A stretch of 63,313 nt of DNA, the filler included, from Actinomycetota bacterium (GTDB lineage Bacteria; Actinomycetota; CADDZG01; JAHWKV01; JAOPZY01): assembly GCA_025963875.1 (NCBI GenBank). It is 4 parts of 4 records of this genome, joined end to end, with 100 filler letters (N's around TTAATTAATTAA, not from the genome) between each part and the next. Parts side by side here need not be neighbours in the genome. Positions count along the whole stretch, not along the records: positions 17,110 to 29,079 come from JAOPZY010000043.1; 3 more parts are not named here. One strand, written 5' to 3'. The translations under genes were made by a program, and so were the position numbers. Below are positions 19,879 to 29,179 of the stretch, piece by piece (within the stretch, counting starts at the first letter, position 1; the number at the start of each line of letters is the position of its first letter). Below the pieces are notes generated by a model. The model did no database searches and was not told the DNA's origin. It saw only the letters and a list, made by a program, of their open reading frames with translations.

Positions 19879-21446
19879 CAGGACCTCGCCAGCGTCCCGA
19901 GCCGCAGGGCCCAGGGATAGTTGGGAACGTGCTCCACGTTGGTCAGATTCTTCCGCATCACCATGACGTCGCGCGTGTCGGCCAGGAAGAGGATGCCGTA
20001 GTCGGCGACGAGGAGCTGAGCGGCCTTGGCGTATGCCTGGGCCGAGGCTGCGGAGTCGGTCGTCGACGCCCCCTGGTTGAGGAGCGTGTCCACCTGGGGG
20101 TTGGAATAGCCAAGGAAGTTCAGGCCGCCGCCGGTGCCCCACAGGATGCGGGACCAGGTGTCGGGGTGGGCGGCGTCCGGGGTGTTGGTCATGAGCAGCA
20201 GGTCGGGCGCCTGGGCCAGGGTCTGCGGCGACGTGGCATATCCGTAGACCTGCGGGTTCGTGACCTCCTTGAGGGTCACCTGGAAGCCCTGGCCCTGCAG
20301 CTTCTGCTGGATGAGGCCGGCGAGGCGGCTCTGGATGCCCGACTCGTCGGACGTGTAGGCGAAGGTGATCGCCGGGGTGCCGGCGGGTGCTTTGACCGTG
20401 GCCGTCGGGTAGCTGATCGGCGCCAGCGACTGGTCGAGGATCCCCGGCGCGTACGGGGAGCCGGCGGGGTGGCCGTAGGAGCCGTAGATCTGGCTGACGA
20501 GCGTGTCACGGTCGATGTCCGCGGCCACCGCCTTCCGCAGGGCGAGGTTGTTGAACGGCGCCTTGTTGGCGTTGATGTAGAGCATCGACTGCAGGTACGA
20601 CGAGAAGTCCCTGATGGTGAGGTTGGGGTCGCTGCGGGCCGTCGGCAGCTCAGCCACCGGGAACGAGTGCAGGATGACGTCGAGGCCCCCCGAGCGGAGC
20701 TGGAGGATCTGGCTGTTCATGTCGGGGATGATCCGGATGTTGACGGTGGCGAAGTTGGGCTTCGGCCCCCAGTAGCTGTCGTTGCGGGTGAGCGTGTAGT
20801 TCTGGCCCCGGTTGAAGGCGGTCAGCTTGTAGGGGCCGGTCCCGTCCGCGTTGGTCTTGGCCCAGGTCTGGGCGAAGTCGTTGCCGGCGTTGTCGGTGAG
20901 GGCCTTGGGGCTGATGATCTTCGGCCCCCAGCTCGACGCCATGTAGTCCATGAACGGCGTGACCACGCTCTTGAGCTTCACGACGAAGGTCATGGGGTCG
21001 GGCGTCTGCATGTCGGCGACCTGGGCCAGCATGTACGCGGGGGCCGAGTTGACGCTGATCCGGCGCTGGAACGAGGCCTTCACCGCCGCGGCGTTGAAGG
21101 GCGTCCCGTCCTGGAAGGTGACGCCACTGCGGAGGTGGAAGGTGTAGGTGAGGGCGTCCGGGCTGATGTCCCACGAGGTCGCCAGCACGGGCTCGATCGT
21201 TGTCGAGTCCGGCTTGTAGTCGACGAGACCCTGGTAGGCGGACAGGATGACCGTGTTGCCTTCGATGTCGTAGAAGACGTCGGGGTCGGGCACGGACATG
21301 TCGGCGAGGTAGGCGAGGTTGAGGGTGCCGTTGGTGCTCGGCGTCGACCCGGCGCCGGTGGTCGACGACTTGGTCGAGCAGGCGCTGAGGACGAGGCCGG
21401 CCACGGCCACCAGACTGAACACACGGCGCATCGTTCCGGTTCTCAC
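19878..21446 (-). CDS. ABC substrate-binding lipoprotein, family 5 (peptide/nickel)
   Basis: Lipobox LSAC, LATSWDIS...YTFHLRSGVTFQDGTPF and GTGPY. Confidence 0.93.
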   Translation of the reverse strand: MRTGTMRRVFSLVAVAGLVLSACSTKSSTTGAGSTPSTNGTLNLAYLADMSVPDPDVFYDIEGNTVILSAYQGLVDYKPDSTTIEPVLATSWDISPDALTYTFHLRSGVTFQDGTPFNAAAVKASFQRRISVNSAPAYMLAQVADMQTPDPMTFVVKLKSVVTPFMDYMASSWGPKIISPKALTDNAGNDFAQTWAKTNADGTGPYKLTAFNRGQNYTLTRNDSYWGPKPNFATVNIRIIPDMNSQILQLRSGGLDVILHSFPVAELPTARSDPNLTIRDFSSYLQSMLYINANKAPFNNLALRKAVAADIDRDTLVSQIYGSYGHPAGSPYAPGILDQSLAPISYPTATVKAPAGTPAITFAYTSDESGIQSRLAGLIQQKLQGQGFQVTLKEVTNPQVYGYATSPQTLAQAPDLLLMTNTPDAAHPDTWSRILWGTGGGLNFLGYSNPQVDTLLNQGASTTDSAASAQAYAKAAQLLVADYGILFLADTRDVMVMRKNLTNVEHVPNYPWALRLGTLARS

Positions 21447-21470
21447 GAGCCCCCCTTTGGTCGCGTTGTT

Positions 21471-22337
21471 CTACGTGTGGCGCAGCAGATCCCTGATGCC
21501 GTCTCCGGCGAGGTTGGCGGCGAAGGCCAGGACGAAGATGGCGACGGCGGGCGCAAGGCACACCCAGGGCTGGCCGAAGAAGTAGGGCAGCCCCTGGGCG
21601 ACCATCGACCCGAGTTCGGGTGCCGGCGGCGGTGCGCCGAGGCCGATGAAGGCCAGGCCCGCCAGGGTGAGGACCAGGTTCCCGACATCGAGGCTGGCGG
21701 TGACGAGCACGGCCGGCAGCGCGCCGGGCAGGGCATGGCGGAAGGCGAGGCGCATCCTCCCGATCCTGGCGAGGCGTGCCGCATCGATGTGGGGCCGGAC
21801 CATCAAGGCCCGGACCTCCCCGCGTACGATGCGGGCGTACCAGGGCCACCAGACCACCCCCACCGCCAGGAGGGTGTGCGGCAGCGAGGGGCCGAGGGAC
21901 GCGACGATGGCGATGGCCAGGATGGGGCCGGGGAGGGCGAGGAAGAGGTCGGTGATCCGCATGAGCACGGTGTCGACCCACCCGCCCTTGAAGCCGGCGA
22001 CCAGGCCGATGAGCCCGCCGATCAGCACCCCGCTGGCGATGACGGCGATGGCGGAGAACCACGAGGAGCGAATGCCGTAGAGGACGCGGGAGGCGATGTC
22101 CCGGCTGAGGTCGTCGGTGCCAAGCAGGTGCGCCGCCGAGGGTTTCAGGAGCGGGCCCGCGGAGACCGGGAGGGTCGGGGCGTACGGGGCGAGGAGCGGC
22201 GCCGCCAGAGCGCCGATCGTGGTGAGCGCCAGGACGGCGAGGCCGATCTTCTCAAGCCGGCCGACCTTGAGGCTGGGGATGGCCCGCCGGCGGAGCGGGA
22301 GCGCCCCCCCGAGCGTGACGGGCTCCGCGACCCCCAT
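21471..22337 (-). CDS. ABC transporter permease (DppC/OppC type)
   Basis: HLLGTDDLSRD, RITDLFLALP, GLAFIGLG.P.PELG and GDGIRD. Confidence 0.95.
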   Translation of the reverse strand: MGVAEPVTLGGALPLRRRAIPSLKVGRLEKIGLAVLALTTIGALAAPLLAPYAPTLPVSAGPLLKPSAAHLLGTDDLSRDIASRVLYGIRSSWFSAIAVIASGVLIGGLIGLVAGFKGGWVDTVLMRITDLFLALPGPILAIAIVASLGPSLPHTLLAVGVVWWPWYARIVRGEVRALMVRPHIDAARLARIGRMRLAFRHALPGALPAVLVTASLDVGNLVLTLAGLAFIGLGAPPPAPELGSMVAQGLPYFFGQPWVCLAPAVAIFVLAFAANLAGDGIRDLLRHT

Positions 22338-24172
22338 CAGGCGTGCGCCTCGAACCGGGGGATCGCCCCCACGAGAGCGGCGGTGTGCGGATGCTGCGGG
22401 TTGGTGAGGATGTCCTCGGACGGCCCTTCCTCGATGATGCGTCCGCCCGCCATCACGGCGACGCGGTCGCCGATGAAGCGTGCGGCGGCGAGGTCGTGGG
22501 TCACGAACAGCATCGCCATGCCCAGCTCCGCGCGGAGGTTCATCAGCAGGTTGAGGACCGTGGCAGCGAGCGAGACGTCGAGTGCCGAGATCGGCTCGTC
22601 GCAGGCGAGCAGGGCGGGCGGCACCGCGACGGCCCGGGCGAGGGCGACGCGCTGGCGCTGGCCCCCCGAAAGCTGCCGGGGCCGCCGGGTGGCCACGTCG
22701 GCGGGGAGGCCCACCATCTGCAGCACCTCGACGGAGCGCGTCCTGCGTGCAGGGGCGTCGAGGCCGTCGGTCCGCAGGCGCTCCTCCAGCATCTCGCCGA
22801 CGGTGAGCCAGGGCGTCAGCGACGCGCCCGCGTCCTGGAACACGAGCTGCGGGGAGCCGCCGGGGCCGACGTGGATCTCGCCGCCATCCGGGTTCTCCAG
22901 GCCCACCGCCATGCGGAGCGTGGTGGTCTTGCCGCAACCGCTCTCGCCCACGAGGGCGAGTGAGCCGCCGGCCGGGACCTCGAGGCTGAGCCCATCCACG
23001 ACCGCCCTGCGACGGTCGCCCTTGCCGAAGGCTTTGGTGATATCGGTGAGGAGGAGAGCGGGGCCCGGGTGCGGGGTGGCCCCAGTGGGCCCTCTTTTTT
23101 GCCCCAGGGGGACCCCGACATCGAGCGTGGCCGCGCCCTCGGGGTCCCCCCTGGGACTGGGTGCCTCCCTGACCCGGAGCCGGGCGCCGGCGCTCTCGCC
23201 GGCGTGCAGGCAGGCGACGAGCCCGTCGTGGGTCGGGGCGGCCTCGGGCTCGGGCAGGGCGGCGTCACAGGCGGGCTCGGCCAGCGGGCAGCGGGGGGCG
23301 AAGGGGCACCCCGGGGGAAGCGCCCTGGGGTCGGGGGGCTCGCCCTCCAGCGTCGGCAGCATCGTGGCGCGGGGTGAGTCGCCCCGGAGGCGTGCGGCCA
23401 TCAGGGCAACGGTGTACGGGTGGCAGGGGCGGTGCAGCACGTCGGCCGCCGGGCCGATCTCGGCAAGCCTTCCCCCGTAGAGCACGGCGATGCGGTCGGC
23501 CAGCTCGGCGGCGACGGCAAGGTCGTGGGTGACGAACAGGATCGAGGAGCCGGTCTCGTCGCGGATGGTTGTGAGCAGCGCCAGGATCTCTGCCTGCACC
23601 GTGACGTCGAGGGCGGTGGTGGGCTCGTCGGCGACGACGAGGTCGGGGCTACCGGCGATCGCCATTGCGATCATCACGCGCTGGCGCAGGCCACCGGACA
23701 GCTCGTGTGGATACTGGCCGGCCCGGCGCCTGGGTTCGGGCACCCTCGCCCGCTCGAGGGCTTCGATGGCCGCCTCCGTGGACCCGGCAGCTTCGGCGAC
23801 CTGCCTGCCGACCTTCATCGTCGGGTTGAGCGAGGTCATCGGGTCCTGGAAGACCGCACCCGCGTACCGGCGGCGGGCGAGCCGGCGCTCCTCGTCGCTG
23901 GTGCCCACCATCTGCCGGCCGTCGAGCAGGACGCTGCCCGTGATGGTCGCCGCCGGGGGAAGCAGCCCGAGGGCGGCGAGGCCGAGGACGCTCTTGCCGG
24001 AGCCCGACTCGCCGACGAGGCCGACGATCTCGCCGGGGGCGATGTCGAGCGTCACGCCCCGCAGGGCCTTCACGGCGCCCGGGAAGGTGACGGCCAGGTC
24101 CCGGATGGCCAGGACCGGCGCGCGGACCGCGGGGGCCCGTTCGGCTTCGATCGCTTCCGCCGCCGTGCTCAC
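22337..24172 (-). CDS. Fused double ABC ATPase (DppD/F type)
   Basis: Two Walker A motifs (GESGSGKS, GESGCGKT), two LSGG signatures, HPYT and GC.FAPRC. Confidence 0.95.
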   Translation of the reverse strand: MSTAAEAIEAERAPAVRAPVLAIRDLAVTFPGAVKALRGVTLDIAPGEIVGLVGESGSGKSVLGLAALGLLPPAATITGSVLLDGRQMVGTSDEERRLARRRYAGAVFQDPMTSLNPTMKVGRQVAEAAGSTEAAIEALERARVPEPRRRAGQYPHELSGGLRQRVMIAMAIAGSPDLVVADEPTTALDVTVQAEILALLTTIRDETGSSILFVTHDLAVAAELADRIAVLYGGRLAEIGPAADVLHRPCHPYTVALMAARLRGDSPRATMLPTLEGEPPDPRALPPGCPFAPRCPLAEPACDAALPEPEAAPTHDGLVACLHAGESAGARLRVREAPSPRGDPEGAATLDVGVPLGQKRGPTGATPHPGPALLLTDITKAFGKGDRRRAVVDGLSLEVPAGGSLALVGESGCGKTTTLRMAVGLENPDGGEIHVGPGGSPQLVFQDAGASLTPWLTVGEMLEERLRTDGLDAPARRTRSVEVLQMVGLPADVATRRPRQLSGGQRQRVALARAVAVPPALLACDEPISALDVSLAATVLNLLMNLRAELGMAMLFVTHDLAAARFIGDRVAVMAGGRIIEEGPSEDILTNPQHPHTAALVGAIPRFEAHA

Positions 24173-24771
24173 GCGGCCACGAGCTTGCGGATTGCGGCCA
24201 GGACCTCGTCGCTCGTCCGCCGGGCACCCGTCTGCAGGTACTCCATGGCCTCGAGGGCGGCGGTGTGGGCGCGCAGGTCGGAACCGCCGACGCAGTCCTC
24301 CAGCACGCGCACGTGGTAGTCGCGCTGATGGGCGTCGGCGAACGTGTAGTGCACGCAGACGTTGGTCAGGTTGCCGGCGAGCAGGAGCGTCTGCACGCCG
24401 AGGCCCCGCAGCAGGATGTCGAGGTCGGTGTGGATGAAGCAGGAGTACCGGCGCTTCTGGATGAAGTAGTCGCCGGGCCTGGGGCGCAGCTCGTCGACCA
24501 GGTCGGTGCCGGGATCGCCCTCCAGGCAGTGGACGCCCTCGGCGCCGTCCAGCTCGCGGCCGAAGTCCACGAGGTCCCGGCGGTGGATCTCCTGGAAGAA
24601 GATCACCGGGATACCGGCGCCGTGGCACGCGTCCACGACGGTCACCACCCGGTTGATGCGCTCCTGGTACCCGGCCATGTGGGAGATGCCGGAGGTTTCG
24701 AAGGGCTCGAGGCCCCCCTTCTGCATGTCGATGACAATCAGCGCCGCCCTGCCACCGATCAGCTCCCGCAC
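24169..24771 (-). CDS. Isochorismatase-like cysteine hydrolase
   Basis: Asp-Lys-Cys triad in IVIDMQ, IQKRRYS and GNLTNVCV; GGAGG RBS before GTG. Confidence 0.93.
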   Translation of the reverse strand: MRELIGGRAALIVIDMQKGGLEPFETSGISHMAGYQERINRVVTVVDACHGAGIPVIFFQEIHRRDLVDFGRELDGAEGVHCLEGDPGTDLVDELRPRPGDYFIQKRRYSCFIHTDLDILLRGLGVQTLLLAGNLTNVCVHYTFADAHQRDYHVRVLEDCVGGSDLRAHTAALEAMEYLQTGARRTSDEVLAAIRKLVAA

Positions 24772-24810
24772 GCTTCCTCCTTCATCGCCCTGTACATCTC
24801 AAGGGAGGCG

Positions 24811-24850
24811 GAAAAGCGTGGAGGCCCGGGGCGCACATGCGTGGGCCTCC
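24811..24850 (-). terminator. Riboswitch expression-platform hairpin/terminator overlapping the aptamer 3' end
   Basis: Minus strand: ggaggccc...gggcctcc followed by acgctttt; its 5' arm uses the conserved GGAG tail of the aptamer. Confidence 0.65.
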
Positions 24851-24968
24851 CGGGCTTTTGTCCCTCCGTGTAGCGGCGCCGTCTTCCCACGGGACCGCTG
24901 GCACCTCTCGGACCAGGCCCCCCGGCTGGCCACAGGATCGTGGCTCCGGGAGCGGAACCCTAGGTGCT
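24846..24968 (-). ncRNA. Guanidine-I (ykkC-yxkD subtype 1) riboswitch
   Basis: Minus strand reads gcacCTAGGGTTCCG...CTGGTCCGAGAGgtgc...ACACGGAGGGACAAAAGCCCGGGAG, containing all hallmark conserved blocks; it lies in the 5' leader of the operon. Confidence 0.93.
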
Positions 24969-24977
24969 CTCAGGCGT

Positions 24978-25031
24978 AATGTACGTGGCGTTTGTTTCCG
25001 CCGTATTACCTGCCGGTAACGTTGCTGTTGC
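24978..25031 (-). promoter_or_regulatory. Promoter with GlnR-like boxes and a -10 element
   Basis: Minus strand GCAAC-n6-GTTAC-n6-GTAAT-n6-GAAAC (exact 11-bp spacing), then TACATT about 10 nt upstream of the aptamer. Confidence 0.72.
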
Positions 25032-25107
25032 AGTATGGACCGACCCGCCCCAGACTCCCGACCCGCTTTGCAGGAAGTGGTCGGGACGGAGGGGTTAACC
25101 TCACCGC

Positions 25108-25812
25108 GTGCAACCCATCCTCACCGCCAAGCCATCCGCCGTCCTGCTCGACTTCTACGGGACGATGGCGCGGGCGACGTCGCGCGGGCCGTTGGCCGGG
25201 GAGCTGTTCGGTCGTCGGGGGTTTGCCTTTGACCAGGAACTGTGGGACCGGCACCGGTGGGACGCCCTCGACGGCCTCGACCACCAGCAGTTCTCCGGCA
25301 CCCGGGAGGACTATGAGGCCTGGGAGGTGGACCGGCTGCGGCGAGCCGCCGAGGCCTGTGGCGTGGGCCTCGACGACGCCGAGGAGCTCATCGCCGAGCT
25401 GTATGCGGCGTCGAAGGACTTCACGGTGTCCGCCTACGAGGAGGTGCCCGCGGTGCTCGAGGAGCTACGGCGACGGGGCGTGGTCCTCGGTGTCTGCTCG
25501 AACTGGGACTGGGATCTCGACCGGGTCCTGGACGAGGCCGGCCTCACGCCACTGATGGACTTCGCCGTGACGTCCGCCAGGGCGGGCGTCCGCAAGCCCC
25601 ATCCCCTCATCTTCGAGCGCGCCCTGGAGCTGGCCGGCGTCGGCCCCGGCGACGCGCTCTTCGTCGGCGACTCGTGGATCGCCGATGTCGAGGGCGCACG
25701 GTCGGCCGGCATCCCACCGGTGCATGTCTGGCGCGGGCCGGAGGAGCCCCCGCCGCTGGTGGACGGGATCTGGCGGATCCCCGACCTGCGGGGCCTGCTC
25801 GACCTGGTCTGA
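25108..25812 (+). CDS. HAD-IA family hydrolase
   Basis: LLDFYGT, CSNWD, RKPHP and FVGDSWIADVEGA. Confidence 0.92.
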   Translation: MQPILTAKPSAVLLDFYGTMARATSRGPLAGELFGRRGFAFDQELWDRHRWDALDGLDHQQFSGTREDYEAWEVDRLRRAAEACGVGLDDAEELIAELYAASKDFTVSAYEEVPAVLEELRRRGVVLGVCSNWDWDLDRVLDEAGLTPLMDFAVTSARAGVRKPHPLIFERALELAGVGPGDALFVGDSWIADVEGARSAGIPPVHVWRGPEEPPPLVDGIWRIPDLRGLLDLV

Positions 25813-25843
25813 CGGCGCCCTTGTGCGCGCGTCCGGCGATCAC

Positions 25844-25877
25844 TGTATGCTCATGCATCATGGCGCATAACTATTCT
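25844..25877 (+). promoter_or_regulatory. Tandem ARG-box-like (ArgR) operator
   Basis: tgtatgctcatgca and cgcataactattct in an AT-rich patch at the argC start; resembles TGCATRnnnATGCA. Confidence 0.6.
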
Positions 25878-26903
25878 GCATGCCGGGTGGCGGTCCTGGG
25901 GGCTTCCGGGTTCGCCGGCGGCGAGCTGCTCCGCATCCTCGCCCGGCACCCGGGCATGGAGCTCGTGGCCGCGGGGGCGTCGTCGAAGGTCGGGATGCCG
26001 GTTCGCTCGCTCTATCCGTGGATCTCGTTCGAGGGTTCCTTCGTTGCCGCGGAGGACGCCCTGGCGGCGAGCCCGGACCTCCTGTTCGCGTCGCTGCCGC
26101 ATACCCAGAGCATGGAGCTCCTCGGGGCGTGGGACGGCGGGTACGCCGTGGACCTCGGCGGCGACTTCCGCCTCCGGGACCCGGGCGTCTACCGCGAGTG
26201 GTTCGGGGCAGAGCACTCCCACCCCGACGCCCTGAGTGGCTGGGTCTACGGGCTCACCGAGTGGCGCCGCCCCGAGATCGCCGCAGCCGCACGCGTGGCG
26301 AACCCGGGGTGCTATCCGACTGCCACGATCCTCGCGCTGGCGCCGCTGCTGGCGGCCGGCGCCGTCGCTGCCGAGGGCATCCACATCGACGCCCAGTCCG
26401 GCGTGTCCGGTGCGGGCCGCGCCACGGGCGAGGGCTTCGACTTCGTCTCGGTCAACGAGAACCTGCGCCCCTATGCCGTGACGGGGCACAAGCACATTGC
26501 CGAGATGGAGCAGGAGCTCTCGGCGGCCGCCGGGTCCCCCGTGAGAGTCAGCTTCGTTCCCCATCTGGTGCCGGTGACCCGCGGGCTGCTGGCAACCTGC
26601 AGCGCCCCCCTTACGGGCGTCGCCTCGACCGAGGAGCTCCTGGAGATCTTCCACCACCGGTACAAGGAGGAACCGTTCGTCCGGGTGATGGGCGCCGGCG
26701 AGCTGCCGGCGACGAAGGGGGTCACGGGCACCAACGTCGCCGAGGTGACGGTCAGGGCGGACGCCAGGACCGGCAGGGCGATCGCCTTCTGCGCCATCGA
26801 CAACCTCGGCAAGGGTGCCGCGGGGCAGGCGGTGCAGAACGCCAACCTGATGCTCGGTTTCGACGAGGCGACCGCCCTCGACACCGCGGGCCTGGCTCCA
26901 TGA
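25860..26903 (+). CDS. argC: N-acetyl-gamma-glutamyl-phosphate reductase
   Basis: GASGFAGGE, ANPGCYPT, SGVSGAG and DNLGKGAAGQAVQN; start uncertain (25860 or 25887). Confidence 0.96.
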   Translation: MAHNYSACRVAVLGASGFAGGELLRILARHPGMELVAAGASSKVGMPVRSLYPWISFEGSFVAAEDALAASPDLLFASLPHTQSMELLGAWDGGYAVDLGGDFRLRDPGVYREWFGAEHSHPDALSGWVYGLTEWRRPEIAAAARVANPGCYPTATILALAPLLAAGAVAAEGIHIDAQSGVSGAGRATGEGFDFVSVNENLRPYAVTGHKHIAEMEQELSAAAGSPVRVSFVPHLVPVTRGLLATCSAPLTGVASTEELLEIFHHRYKEEPFVRVMGAGELPATKGVTGTNVAEVTVRADARTGRAIAFCAIDNLGKGAAGQAVQNANLMLGFDEATALDTAGLAP

Positions 26904-28084
26904 GCCCGTTCACCGACATCCCCGGGGCCGTCTGCGCCGCCACGGGGTTCCGGGCGGCCGGCGTGGCCGCGGGCCTGAAGCGCTCCGGGGGCCTCGATCT
27001 CGCCCTCATCGTTTCCGACACACCCGCATCGGCGGCCGGCGTGTTCACCGCCCACCGGGCGGCGGCGGCGCCGGTGCACGTCTCACGCGAACGGCTGGCG
27101 GGCGGTGTGGCGCAGGTGATCGTGGTGAACGCCGGTTGCGCCAACGCCGTCACCGGCGCCCGGGGCCGCCGGGATGCCGAGGCGATGGCGGCAGAGGCGG
27201 CAGCTGCAATCGGGGTGGATCCCGGGCTGGCGCTCGTGTGCTCGACCGGCAAGATCGGCAACTTCCTGCCGATGGACCGGGTGTCGTTGGGCATCGCCGA
27301 GGCTGCCGGCAGGTTGGGCACCGACGACCTCTCGGCGGCCGACGCCATCCTCACCACCGACACCCGCCGCAAGACGGCGGCGCTGTCCCACGACGCCGGA
27401 TGGCGCCTCGGGGGGATGGCCAAGGGGGCGGGGATGATCTCGCCCGACATGGCGACGATGCTCGCCTTCATCACGACGGATGCGGTCGTCGCTCCCGACG
27501 TCCTCCAGAAGGCGCTGACCGCTGCGGTCAACGACTCGTTCAACGCCATCACCGTCGACGGGGAGTGCAGCACCAACGACACCGTCCTCGTGCTCGCCAA
27601 CGGCGCCTCGGGCGTGACGCCGTCCGCGGACGACGTGGCGGCGGCGCTGGGTTCGGTCTGCACCAGCCTCGCCCGGGCCATCGTCGCCGACGGCGAAGGC
27701 GCCACCAAGTTCGTCCGCGTCTCCGTGAGCGGTGCCAGGACACCCGAGGAGGCCCGGCGGGCGGCCCGGTCGGTGGCCGAGTCGCCGCTCGTCAAGTGCG
27801 CCCTGTTCGGGGAGGACGCGAACTGGGGCAGGGTGGCGGCGGCCCTCGGCAAGACCGACGTCGGGCTCGACCTCGACGTCCTGTCGATCGCCATGGGTGG
27901 TGTGACGCTCTTCGACCGGGGCCAGCCGGTCGACGGGGATGCCGAGGCCCGGGCCCACGAGGGCCTCACTGCCCACGAGATCTCGATCGACTGCGACCTC
28001 GCCGTGGGCGACGCCAGCGGCGAGATCCTCACGACCGACTTCTCGCACGGCTACGTCGACATCAATGCCGAATACGAGCCATGA
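26900..28084 (+). CDS. argJ: Ornithine acetyltransferase / N-acetylglutamate synthase
   Basis: AKGAGMISPDMATML, STNDT, DGEGATK and DANWGR. Confidence 0.97.
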   Translation: MSPFTDIPGAVCAATGFRAAGVAAGLKRSGGLDLALIVSDTPASAAGVFTAHRAAAAPVHVSRERLAGGVAQVIVVNAGCANAVTGARGRRDAEAMAAEAAAAIGVDPGLALVCSTGKIGNFLPMDRVSLGIAEAAGRLGTDDLSAADAILTTDTRRKTAALSHDAGWRLGGMAKGAGMISPDMATMLAFITTDAVVAPDVLQKALTAAVNDSFNAITVDGECSTNDTVLVLANGASGVTPSADDVAAALGSVCTSLARAIVADGEGATKFVRVSVSGARTPEEARRAARSVAESPLVKCALFGEDANWGRVAAALGKTDVGLDLDVLSIAMGGVTLFDRGQPVDGDAEARAHEGLTAHEISIDCDLAVGDASGEILTTDFSHGYVDINAEYEP

Positions 28085-28944
28085 GTCGGGAACAGGCGCA
28101 GGCCAAGGCCCAGGTGCTGACCGAGGCCCTGCCGTACATCCGGCAGTGGGCGGGCAAACGGGTGGTGGTGAAAGCGGGTGGCGAGACGGTGGACAAGCCC
28201 GGCATGCTCGACTCGCTCGCCCGCGACGTCGCCCTCATGCGGGCGGTGGGCCTGCACCCCATCCTCGTCCACGGCGGTGGGCGCCAGATCTCCGACGCGA
28301 TGAAGGCCAGCGGCGTGGAGCCCGTCTTTGTCGGCGGCCGCCGGGTCACCGACGCGGCGACCATCGAGGTGGTGAAGCGGGTCCTGCTGGACATCAACGC
28401 CCGCCTCGTGAACGCCCTGCAGCGCTACGGCGCACATGCATTCGGCGTCTCGGGGGAGGAGGGCGGCCTGCTCACCACCCGCAGGGCGTCCGGGCCGAAC
28501 GGGGAGGACCTCGGCTTCGTCGGGGAGGTGGAGCGCGTGGAAACCTCGGTGCTCGACTTCTCGCTCGGCCGGGACCTGATCCCGGTGATCGCACCGGTGG
28601 GGGCCGGACCCGACGGGCCCTACAACATCAACGCCGACCTGGCGGCGTCGGCCCTCGCCATCGCGGTGCGCGCCCAGAAGATCGTGCTGCTCACCAACAT
28701 CGAGGGCCTCTACCGTGACCTGGGCGACCGGGACAGCCTCATCTCCGAGACGACGGTGCGCCAGCTCGAGAAGCTGATCGGCGAAGGGGTCCTCACCGAG
28801 GGCATGATCCCGAAGATCACCGCCGTCATCGAGGCGATGCAGGCCGGCGTGCCCCAGGCGCACATCCTCGACGGCCGGGTCTCCCATGCGCTCCTGCTGG
28901 AGGTCTTCACCGAAGAAGGCATCGGGACCATGGTGCTGCCGTGA
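28081..28944 (+). CDS. argB: Acetylglutamate kinase
   Basis: EALPYI, VHGGG, YNINAD, GMIPK and HALLLEVFT.EGIGT. Confidence 0.97.
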   Translation: MSREQAQAKAQVLTEALPYIRQWAGKRVVVKAGGETVDKPGMLDSLARDVALMRAVGLHPILVHGGGRQISDAMKASGVEPVFVGGRRVTDAATIEVVKRVLLDINARLVNALQRYGAHAFGVSGEEGGLLTTRRASGPNGEDLGFVGEVERVETSVLDFSLGRDLIPVIAPVGAGPDGPYNINADLAASALAIAVRAQKIVLLTNIEGLYRDLGDRDSLISETTVRQLEKLIGEGVLTEGMIPKITAVIEAMQAGVPQAHILDGRVSHALLLEVFTEEGIGTMVLP

Positions 28945-29079
28945 GCGCCACCCAGCGGGAGCGGGCCGACGCCGTGCTGATGCCGACCTACCGGCGCTAC
29001 CCGGTGACGTTCGCCCGCGGCAAGGGCTTCTACCTCTACGACGAGACGGGCCGCCCGTACCTCGACTTCGTGGCCGGCG
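28941..29079 (+). CDS. argD: Acetylornithine aminotransferase, 3' truncated
   Basis: MPTYRRYPVTFARGKG.YLYD..G..YLDFVAG directly after argB. Confidence 0.9.
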
Positions 29080-29179
29080 NNNNNNNNNNNNNNNNNNNNN
29101 NNNNNNNNNNNNNNNNNNNNNNNTTAATTAATTAANNNNNNNNNNNNNNNNNNNNNNNNNNNNNNNNNNNNNNNNNNNN
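29080..29179. other. Artificial contig linker
   Basis: N-TTAATTAATTAA-N. Confidence 0.98.

Noticed and set aside
19872..23480. 1202-aa plus-strand ORF and many other long antisense ORFs (e.g. 13-1449, 42318-43889)
   Set aside because: Shadow ORFs opposite well-supported genes in high-GC DNA; no motifs.
24846..24968. Alternative ykkC subtypes (ppGpp, PRPP)
   Set aside because: The 3' block ACACGGAGGGACAAAAGCCCGGGAG and the nitrogen-catabolic gene context fit subtype 1 (guanidine).
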